This document shows positions 1 to 7,623 of a stretch of 10,391 nt of DNA, piece by piece. Within the stretch, counting starts at the first letter, position 1, and the number at the start of each line of letters is the position of its first letter. The notes under the pieces were generated by a model. It was not told where the DNA came from, did no database searches, and worked only from the letters and a program-made list of their open reading frames with translations. The position numbers were made by a program, and so were the translations under genes. Source of the DNA: Octopus sinensis (Eukaryota); assembly GCF_006345805.1 (NCBI RefSeq), contig NW_021827346.1, forward strand, positions 1 to 10,391. Reading direction: 5' to 3'.

Positions 1-138
1 CACCATCCCTGCTGGAGACTTGTGGAGCTTTAGGTGTTTTCACTCAATAAAAACTCACAACTCCCGGTCTGGGAATCGAAACTGCGATCCTACAACTGCG
101 AGTCCGCTGCCATAACCACTGGGTCATTGCGCCTCCAC
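1..138 (-). mobile_element. tRNA-derived SINE, 5' part (tRNA-Arg-like head); runs off the window start
   Basis: The minus strand reads GTGGAGGCGCAATGACCCAGTGGTTATGGCAGCGGACTCGCAGTTGTAGGATCGCAGTTTCGATTCCCAGACC. It has a Pol III A box (TGACCCAGTGG, 116-126), a B box (GTTTCGATTCCC, 71-82) and a TCG anticodon-like position. It lacks proper tRNA stems and continues into a non-tRNA body. Confidence 0.8.
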
Positions 139-226
139 ATCAACAACAAGAAGAGTAGCAACATCAACGAAAGCGGCAGCAGTAACGTAAACGTCAACAA
201 TATCGATATTCCAATAATCAATCACT
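139..226 (+). repeat. degenerate (CAA/CAG)n trinucleotide low-complexity tract
   Basis: The tract reads atcaacaacaagaagagtagcaacatcaacgaaagcggcagcagtaacgtaaacgtcaacaat. It accounts for the N/S-rich spurious ORF 34..228. Confidence 0.6.
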
Positions 227-681
227 AACGTTTGTTTCCTCCTGAACCCGCTTCGAAATCCCAGGACACACATCTATAGTGCTCCTCCCAACGCCTTGCA
301 GAACAGGCTTATTGTTGGTTGTATCGACATTGAGCAGAAACTGCAGTGTATTTTTCGAGCGGCCTAGTCTACCCAAGGCCCGAACGCATCTTTTGTTACA
401 CTGCATGATGGACGATGCTGTATGGTTATTTCTTTCGAACTTTCTTCATACTGCAGCTTTTGAGGGCTTTATTCAGGCTGGGCCCTGAGCTGGTATTTAT
501 ATTGGATCCGTAATGGATTTAACGGCATTGTGTAGAGACTGTTATAGATTTTTTCAAACGGACTCCTCTAAGATCCAAGCGCTACCCTCGTTAACCCACG
601 CAACGGTCGATGCAGAATGATTATCTTTTCGGACACATATTGCAGATTTTAGCGGTCCTATAATACCTATAATTCCATCTA

Positions 682-845
682 TAACAACAACGGTACCAAC
701 AATAAGAATAACTACAAAAAAGCGACAAGCCGACAATAGCCGGAGCAGCAGTGACAACAACGGCAACTGGATGCAAGACAAAACTAAGTAAATACAACAG
801 TTGTGACAACAACAACAAATGGTTGTAAGACGAGACTAAGTAAAC
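682..845 (+). repeat. degenerate (ACA)n tract with a short internal duplication
   Basis: acaacaac motifs recur, and ggatgcaagacaaaactaagtaaa (~768-791) is repeated as ggttgtaagacgagactaagtaaa (~821-844). Confidence 0.6.
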
Positions 846-973
846 TGTATTTCATGACTGCATAATAGGGGAGAGAGTTGTGTACGTCGTGTAAGATAAA
901 GACAGGATTAAGAAAACATGTAACACCGTTTCTTAGTGTAAGCCTCGCTTCTTAGAGATAGCCGTGATATAAA

Positions 974-989
974 TACATACATACATACA

Positions 990-1025
<36 letters not shown>

Positions 1026-1032
1026 TATATAT

Positions 1033-1108
<76 letters not shown>

Positions 1109-1118
1109 TATATATATA
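974..1118. repeat. compound microsatellite (CATA)n-(TA)n-(TATG)n
   Basis: Directly visible; the two tetranucleotide blocks are reverse complements flanking a (TA)n core. Confidence 0.95.
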
Positions 1119-1640
1119 CAGGGTGTCCCAAATGTCACTGAGGGATTTGAATTTTTAATAACTTCCTTGACTTTACAAAAAAAAATGCATGAAATTTTGA
1201 TACAATATAAAGGACGTAATGGAAATTAATATGCACAGGTGAAATTTTGCAGCACCACTACATTACATTTGAAAAATGACATCGCTTAAATGGCAGCCAT
1301 TTTCGGCTTCGCACGCCTGTGCTCTTTCAAAGATTACACCATAACACCCTCAAGAGTTTCAGACCTCAGCTCTCTGATTTCTCTATTGATATTCTCGTTC
1401 AGTTGCACCAGGATCTCCGGTTGTTGATGTAAACCCTCTCTCTCAGCTATCCCCACGAGAAAAAATCTAGACTAGTCAAATTTGGGGAACGTGAAGGCCA
1501 GTTGACATTGCTGTAGCGGAAATGATTATTCTCTCCCCAAAGCACTACCGAGAGCAACTACATTGTTTCTCTTGCGGTATGAGCAGTTGCCCCATCTTAT
1601 TGGAATTGTGTGAGGTCTACTTTGAATGAGCTTCAGGTTC
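1119..1640 (-). mobile_element. Tc1/mariner (DD41D, rosa-like) transposon remnant: terminal inverted repeat plus decayed transposase C-terminus
   Basis: The terminus TA|CAGGGTGTCCCAAA lies at 1117-1132. Minus-strand translation across stops and frameshifts gives FQ*DGATAHTARETM*LL...NVNWPSRSPNLTSLDFFSWG*LRERVYINN. About 41-42 residues separate the second and third catalytic Asp, which fits DD41D rather than DD34D/E. Confidence 0.8.
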
Positions 1641-1788
1641 ACCAGATTTGACTAGCCCGGATTTTTTTCTTGTGGGGATGCCTGAAAGAGAGGGTTTACA
1701 TCAACAAGGCAGAGAGCCTGGTGCAACTGAAGGAGAATATCAATAGAGAAATCAGAGAAGTGGGGTCTGAAACTCTCGAGAGTTTTAT
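1631..1788 (+). pseudogene. second, inverted copy of the transposase C-terminal segment
   Basis: The plus strand encodes SPDLTSPDFF(frameshift)LWGCLKERVYINKAESLVQLKENINREIREVGSETLESF (ORF 1670..1915). By manual alignment it is roughly 85% identical to the reverse complement of 1341-1496. Confidence 0.85.
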
Positions 1789-1790
1789 TA

Positions 1791-2010
1791 TACGCGCGCA
1801 CACAAACACACGCACACACGCAACACACAAACACACACACACACATACCACGGGCTTCTTTCAGCTTTCGTCTATTAAATCCACTCACAAGACTTTGGTC
1901 GGCCTGAAGCTATAGTAGAAGACAATTGCCCAAGGTGTAACGCAGTGGGACTGAACCTGGAACCATGTGGTTGGGAAGCAAGCTTCTTACCACACAGCCG
2001 CGCCTGCGAC
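1791..2010 (-). mobile_element. tRNA-derived SINE with CORE-like segment: head, core and (GT)n linker; 3' tail absent
   Basis: The minus strand reads GCAGGCGCGGCTGTGTGGTAAGAAGCTTGCTTCCCAACCACATGGTTCCAGGTTCAGTCCCACTGCG...ACCTTGGGCAATTGTCTTCTACTATAGC. The B box is at 1947-1957. Positions 1849-1957 align with 6797-6910. Confidence 0.85.
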
Positions 2011-2045
2011 TATATATATACTGATATGTATATATATATATATAT

Positions 2046-3522
2046 TTTTTTTTTTGGTTTCAGCTCAAAGCTCTGTCCATGCTGGGGCAGTGCCGTTTTG
2101 CTACACTGTTATTATTGAGAGCCTTCTCTGATATGTGGCATTTGGTCAATATGGGAATTTGATATCGCTGCCCTCATTTGTGCCTCTTGTCGCGAGGTAG
2201 GTTTTTGAGACACTCGACAGGAAGAGATCCAGTTAGGTTTTGAAAATGCCTACAACTACCTTCTGCATGTCCCTCAGGCTCTTTAGGGGAATATTAAAAA
2301 TCTTTAGGCCCTGAAACCCAGACTGTTGCAGTAATTGGTTCTGAAGTGCGACGGAATTGTTGGGATCTTTGGCACTGTGCAGTGGCGACTCGTTCTGACA
2401 TTGGTGTTGCTTTCAATGTCAAAATTTGGTACAATCCCTTCCAGGATCTTCCAGATATATATCACTGCATATCTCTCCCGCCCTTGCTCCAAGGAATAGA
2501 GTCTTAGCTGTTTCAGTCTTTCCCACTAGCTGGGCTGTTGCAATGAGACGATCTTCCTAGCGAAGCATCACTGGATTGCTTCAAGGTCCGCTGTTAATTT
2601 TACACTGTGGGGCTGAAGATGAATGTCCTTCAGAGGACCATCATGGTTTCCTTCTCTTTGGTTCTGAAGGTTCTCACAAATCCATCCATCCAGCGGTCTG
2701 CACTTTGTCGCCATCTTGGTAATGTACACTGGGAAAGAGGTATCATCACTCATGTCGATACCCAGGTCCTTCACTGATTTAGGTTCTGGAATTGTAGTCC
2801 CCACATGCCAGTGTACCCTGTAAGATTTTCGTTCAGTTTTGGTGCTGATAGCGCAGGGTTTTAAATTTTCCAGCATTAAACTCTATATTATTGTCCTCAG
2901 CCCATCTGTAAGTTGCATCCAACACCTGCCGCAGGTGTGCAACGTCACTAGGGTTTTGTATTTTCTGCGAGACTTTCGACTTGTCTGCGTAGCTAGCAAG
3001 TGTGGCTATCCAGGCAGCTGAGGGCATATCTGAGAGGACCACTATGAAAAGAAGTGGTCCAAAGACAGTACCCTTTGGAACAGAACTCACTATTTGTGTT
3101 TTCTTTGAGGTGGCTCCATTGGCCACCACTGCCTGACTTCTATTTTTCAGAAAGTCATGTAACCACTCTCCACGTTTTCCAGCTATGCCAAGATCGCGCA
3201 GTTTGTGGCATATCATACCATAATCCTCTTTATCAAAAGCTTTTGCAAAGCCAAGGTATATTACGTCCACATTTGAATTGCTGAGCCTCAACACCAAGTC
3301 ATAGTGCTGTAAAAGCTGGGTTAGGCAGCTCCTACCTGGTCGAAAACCATACTGGGTATCAATTAGCAAGTCGTTTTCTGCAAAGAATGCGATTAGTTTC
3401 CCTCTGACTATTCGTTCCATGACTTAGCTGATGCGCGAAGTCAGAGAGATAGGCCTATAAATTTTGTCATCTGCTGTACTTCCTCTTTTATGGATTGGGC
3501 ATATTAATCCTTCCTTCAGCGT
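2046..3522 (-). mobile_element. 5'-truncated, decayed non-LTR retrotransposon (CR1/L2-group LINE): reverse transcriptase, C-terminus, 3' UTR and A tail
   Basis: Minus-strand translation gives LKEGLICPIHKRGS..YRPISLTSRIS*VMERIVR, QYGFRPGRSCLTQLL, DVIYLGFAKAFDK, VPKGTVFGPLLF, YADK (degraded YADD), VKDLGI and WERLKQLRLYSLEQGRERYAVIYIWKILEG. It contains several stops and frameshifts and ends in GAGCTGAAACC followed by 11 A at 2046-2056. Confidence 0.92.
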
Positions 3523-3650
3523 GCGTATATAAACACATGCACAAGCTTTTGCTCACGTGCGAGTGTTGTAACATCAGTGTAATAAGAATGTAAAAGAAAA
3601 CAAGCATAATTGATACATAACAGGTGTCTTAAAGTCAAAGAATAAGATAT

Positions 3651-4032
3651 CTATTTCTTTATTGCCCACAGGGGGCTAAACATAGAGGGGACAAACAAGG
3701 AAAGACAAAGGGATTAAGTCGATTACATCGACCCCAGTGCGTAACTGGTACTTATTTAATCGACCCCGAAAGGATGAAGGGCAAAGTTGACTTCGGCGGA
3801 ATTTGAACTCAGAATGTAGCGGCAGACGAAATACCTATTTCTTTACTACCCACAAGGAGCTAAACACAGAGAGGACAAACAAGGACAGACAAACGGATTA
3901 ACTCCATTATATCGACCCCAGTGCGTAACTGGTACTTAATTTATCGACCCCGAAAGGATGAAAGGCAAAGTCGACCTCGGCAGAATTTGAACTCAGAACG
4001 GCATCCTAACGATTCTGCCAGCTGGCCGCCCT
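3651..4032 (-). mobile_element. head-to-tail dimeric tRNA-derived SINE (Nin/Sauria-like central domain)
   Basis: Two ~184-bp units start at 3651 and 3835. Each has a B box (GAGTTCAAATTC on minus) and a core like GCCTTTCATCCTTTCGGGGTCGAT..AAGTACCAG. A single A-box head lies at 4001-4032. Naming the domain Nin-like rests on recalled consensus. Confidence 0.85.
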
Positions 4033-4109
4033 ATTAAATATTAAATAAAATATTGACCAAGAAAAACAAAAAAACCAAATATGTGAATACATAGATGATG
4101 CAGTCCTCC

Positions 4110-4227
4110 AAATAAGTACTAGATATAAAAAAAATAAGTATGAAGTCAAGCTGTTTGACTTAAAACACTTCAAGATGGTGTCCCAGCGTGGCCGCAGTCC
4201 AGTGATTGAGACAAGTAGGCGGGTAAA
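4110..4227 (+). mobile_element. 3' tail fragment of the CORE-like SINE family
   Basis: aataagtactag...cttcaagatggtgtcccagcgtggccgcagtccagtgattgagacaagta aligns with the reverse complement of 9043-9095 and 6586-6630. Confidence 0.7.
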
Positions 4228-4409
4228 TGAACCGAAAACCACGTGCTTATGAAACGACCTGTTTAGGACATACCGATGCCTGTGGTTAAATAAATATTAT
4301 TCACCGGTGGAAGCGTATTCATTAACGTCTGCCAATTTGTTAATCATATTTCTATGAAATTATCATTTCTCTAAGTAGAAGCGATTTATCATGCGGGATT
4401 CTAGCTCCT

Positions 4410-4410
<1 letters not shown>

Positions 4411-4490
<80 letters not shown>

Positions 4491-4956
4491 CACAACACTC
4501 ACGCACGCTTATGTACATACATATGCGCTACATGTATACACAAACACACACACACGACCACATATATATATATACATGTGTGTGTATGATATATCTATAC
4601 ATATACATATGCACACACATACATACAAACATATGTATATATAATATATATATATATTATATTATATATACAAATATATATATAATAATATATATATTAT
4701 ATATATTATATATACAAATATATATATATATATAACATTATATATATATATTATATATAGAATATATGTATATATTATATTAATACATATATATATATAC
4801 ATACATACAATATATACATATATATACACATTCATACATATATACATACATACATACATACATAAATGCATGCATACATACATGCATACATACATACATA
4901 CATACATGCATACATACATACATACATACATACATGCACACACACATACATACATA
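4411..4956. repeat. long compound microsatellite (CA)n / (TA)n-rich / (CATA)n
   Basis: Directly visible; it produces the spurious Y/I/M/C/V-rich ORFs 4511..4735 and 4662..5096. Confidence 0.95.
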
Positions 4957-5272
4957 AAATCTCTATAACTAGATACATTCGAATGTGAAATCAAGCGTAG
5001 TAAAACAATATGAGAACTTCTGTGAGAGTTGCGAGAGGTTACTGCCGCCATATTGAAACTGCAGTGAATGTCTTCATTGATTCGTGCGGTCGACATTGTG
5101 TTCAGAGGTTAAGTTCTGGCACATTAATCTTACCTCATTGCCAAATAACCTGATTAACTTCCTTAGCGAGGCATGCTTAACTTTGAAATACTGCTCGCTG
5201 CTTTCCCAATGTAAAACGTTCAATATGACGTATGAAACGGGAAGATATGGCAGCCGTTTTGGATAGAATTAT

Positions 5273-5700
5273 GAGTATGTATGTGTGTATGAATGGTAAA
5301 TAGATTTGGTGTTTGTATTCAAGTGTGTATATATGCGTGTGATAGTGTGTTTGCGCGCGTGTATATGCACATAATACACACACACACAAAAAAAGAGGAA
5401 GCGTATAATGATACGAATACAAGAGACGACAGAAAACAAATGAGTAAGGACATTGAAAGACAGATACAGAGAAGAGGATTTATGGAAGTGAAGGATGTTA
5501 AAATTCATTAGAACCCCGCACCCTAGCAAAATAACAGTTTTAAGAATAAAGGAATGAAAGGATGGAAAAATAAAGGGGAATTGGTGTGGAAAGGCTGTAA
5601 AAGATGTGTGGTAGAAATGGAGAGAAAGAGAAAAGAAATTAAGTGAAGAGCGAAGGAAGGGAGATAAATGGAGAGACTGCGGAGGATCGAAAAATTAATT
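5273..5700. repeat. degenerate (GT)/(CA) tract followed by purine-rich (GA) low-complexity DNA
   Basis: gtgtgt/cacaca runs occur at 5273-5390, and there is strong A/G bias on the plus strand at about 5390-5700. Confidence 0.6.
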
Positions 5701-5892
5701 TATAAAATTAACCAATGAAAAAATACAATCATTAGGCCGCACACATATATCAACGGATATATATGTACACCATCAATAGCGAGCCATAACAATTTCTTCT
5801 GAAGTTCGCAGTGGCGTTTCAGAAGAAGAGTTTCAGTTTCAAACCTCTCTTCCCTTAGCCTCGCCCTCTCTCTTTCCCTCTCTCTATATTTA

Positions 5893-6114
5893 CAGGGTGG
5901 CCCCCAAAGTAGTTTACTGTTATTCCACTATCTCTTTCGCATTCATATATTAACAGTTTAGATCTTAATTATATATAAAAAAAAAATGAAACCATTATTC
6001 TATGTTTAGTTAAATTTTTTTCAGTTTGTAAGATAGAAATTTAAATGAATAAAACGTTTTAAAAGGAATTTAAAGTGCTACGGATAACTGTAAACCGAGT
6101 TTTGGGTCATCTTG
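5893..6114. mobile_element. Tc1/mariner-type MITE (~220 bp), decayed
   Basis: The left end is TA|CAGGGTGGCCCCCAAAGTAGTTTACTGTTAT. The right end reverse-complemented is TA|CAAGATGACCCAAAACTCGGTTTACAGTTAT. TA flanks both sides (5891-5892, 6115-6116) and the interior is AT-rich and non-coding. Confidence 0.75.
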
Positions 6115-6193
6115 TATATATATATTATATATATATATATATAATATATAATATATATATATATTATATAGATATATATATATATATATATAT
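6115..6193. repeat. (TA)n microsatellite
   Basis: Directly visible. Confidence 0.95.
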
Positions 6194-6194
6194 T

Positions 6195-6475
6195 ACGGAG
6201 ATGTACTTGCATAGCAAGTGACCTGATTTGAGATCGTGTGCTCGAACGAAAACAATTGCAGCGTGGAAGGGTTTATAAGCCATTTAAGAAACACACAAAA
6301 ACCGTTAGATTTACATCAACATTTAAATTTATGCCAAAATATTTTCGTCGCTTTGAGACCGCGACCTGTTCACTGACAAAACTCCGTGCATTAAATTTAA
6401 ATGTTGATGTGAATCTAACGGTTTTTTGTGTGTTTCTTAAATGGCTTATAAACACCTTCCACGCTGCAATTGTTT
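6195..6475. mobile_element. palindromic non-coding element with ~85-bp inverted arms; candidate Penelope-like pseudo-LTR derivative
   Basis: The left arm 6250-6334 and right arm 6388-6475 are reverse complements with about 1 substitution and 3 single-base indels, around a 53-nt spacer. Assignment to Penelope-like elements is inferred from the hammerhead-like motif and the inverted layout. Confidence 0.6.
6329..6381 (-). ncRNA. putative minimal type I hammerhead ribozyme, G3:C8 core variant
   Basis: The minus strand reads TTTTGTCA-GTGAACA-G-GTCGC-GGTCTCAAA-GCGAC-GAAA-ATAT-T-T-TGGCATAA. This gives stem I (TTTTGTCA/TGGCATAA, one G.U and one mismatch), core G3 U4 G5 A6 A7 C8 A9, a 5-bp stem II, G12 A13 A14 A15.1, a palindromic ATAT loop, U16.1 and H17=U. 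Confidence 0.55.
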
Positions 6476-6476
6476 A

Positions 6477-6531
<55 letters not shown>

Positions 6532-6582
6532 ATATATATATATATATATTTCTTTATACACACACACACACACATATATATA
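6476..6582. repeat. compound microsatellite (TATC)n-(TA)n-(CA)n
   Basis: Directly visible. Confidence 0.95.
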
Positions 6583-6585
6583 TTG

Positions 6586-6912
6586 TCTTTTACTTGTTCC
6601 TAACTGTGGCCTTGCTGGTGCACCGCCTTGAATTTTAGTGGAATGAATAGATACCAGTATTCATGTCCCTTTGGCCGAACCCTCAAGTCACAGGAACATA
6701 AACACACCATCACTGGTCGTCATATAGAGATACACAGACACAAAGACACACACACGCACGCACACGCACGCATACACACACACACACACACGCATATGAC
6801 AGGCTTCTCTCAGTTTCCGTCTATCGAATCTATCCACAAGGACTTGGTCGGCCCGAGGCTATAGTAGAAGACGCTTGTCCAAAGTGCCACGCAGTAGGGC
6901 TGATCCCGGATT
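6586..6912 (-). mobile_element. CORE-like SINE, nearly full length (A-box part of head lost), with internal (GT)n linker and 3' tail
   Basis: Positions 6797-6910 align with 1849-1957. The CA-rich linker lies at about 6735-6795. The tail cttttacttgttcctaactgtggccttgctggtgcaccgccttgaa matches 9043-9095. Confidence 0.8.
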
Positions 6913-7020
6913 CACACACACACACACATACACACACACACATGTATGTATGTAAGCTTGTATATGTGCGTATGTGTGTGGGGTGAGTGTTGCATGTGTA
7001 TACATATATATATATATATT
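6913..7020. repeat. (CA)n/(TG)n/(TA)n compound microsatellite
   Basis: Directly visible. Confidence 0.9.
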
Positions 7021-7029
7021 TTTTATTAT

Positions 7030-7214
7030 TTTTTTATTGCCCACAGGGGTGGTGGACAAACAAGGAATTAAATCGATAACTACCACTCCAGTGCGTAACT
7101 GGTACTTATTTAATCGAACCCGAAAGGATGAAAGGCAAAGTCGACCTCGGCGGAATTTGAACTCAGAACGTAACGGCAGACAAAACACCGCTAAGCATTT
7201 CGCCCGGCGTGCTA
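7030..7214 (-). mobile_element. monomeric copy of the Nin/Sauria-like SINE
   Basis: ccagtgcgtaactggtacttatttaatcgaacccgaaaggatgaaaggcaaagtcgacctcggcggaatttgaactcagaacg is nearly identical to the 3651-4000 units. It retains the tRNA-like segment ...ctaagcatttcgcccggcgtgctaacg. Confidence 0.85.
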
Positions 7215-7278
7215 ACGAATCTGCGTTATATATCCACCTATCTATTTCCACAGACCGTTCTTCTCCTGAGGGTCTTAG

Positions 7279-7362
7279 GAGCAGAGCTTTCAGAAACATC
7301 CTCCAGAGAGACTTAGCAGACGCAGCCATGAATTGATGTTCCGACTGAATCCCCAAAACAAG
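7279..7362 (+). other. weak candidate internal coding exon (84 nt, phase 0-0): EQSFQKHPPERLSRRSHELMFRLNPQNK
   Basis: It has a cttag|GAG acceptor and an AAG|gtgaac donor and is open in frame in non-repetitive, GC-richer sequence. A stronger acceptor (tttccacag at 7253) gives a product closed in all three frames. No protein family was recognised. Confidence 0.2.
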
Positions 7363-7623
7363 GTGAACCGGCACTTTAAGTATGCAACCATGAGATCGAC
7401 TGAAATCTTTGACAGTTTCTCTTTTCCTCATTGAAATGTTCTCCTTTATTAAAAGGATGGCGGATATGACAGAAGTATGTGGTTTCCTAACTCTATCTGC
7501 TAGATTCTAATCTTGTTGAAAATCCCTTTATCTTCTAGAGATCAAAAGAAGGAATGCTTTATTAAGTTGCACCTTAATCTATATAGGAATACAGGCTGTA
7601 TGTATGGTTTGGTAGTTAAAAAC

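Noticed and set aside
554-600. peptide NEGSAWILEE reminiscent of a Polinton-type polymerase-associated motif
   Set aside because: It is only a short resemblance; the downstream frames show none of the expected continuation.
2613-2650. CTGAAGA hammerhead-like heptamer
   Set aside because: It lies inside LINE coding sequence and has no stem II-GAAA at a usable distance.
3651-4000. direct repeats as a CRISPR array
   Set aside because: The units are 184-bp SINE copies without unique spacers, in a eukaryotic context with no cas genes.
4511-5096. ORFs of 74 aa and 144 aa
   Set aside because: They are translations of microsatellite DNA (MYVC/YI repeats) with no protein character.
5794-5827. 10-bp stem hairpin TTCTTCTGAA...TTCAGAAGAA
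   Set aside because: It is short and low in complexity, and plausible by chance; there is no other support.
6238-6603. 121-aa ORF and the mirrored 60-aa ORF 6273..6455
   Set aside because: They are by-products of the inverted repeat plus the (TATC)n tract.
6859-7431. 190-aa minus-strand ORF and overlapping 120-aa plus-strand ORF 6974..7336
   Set aside because: They run through a SINE and microsatellites; only the 7215-7430 part is unique, and it is handled as a weak exon candidate.
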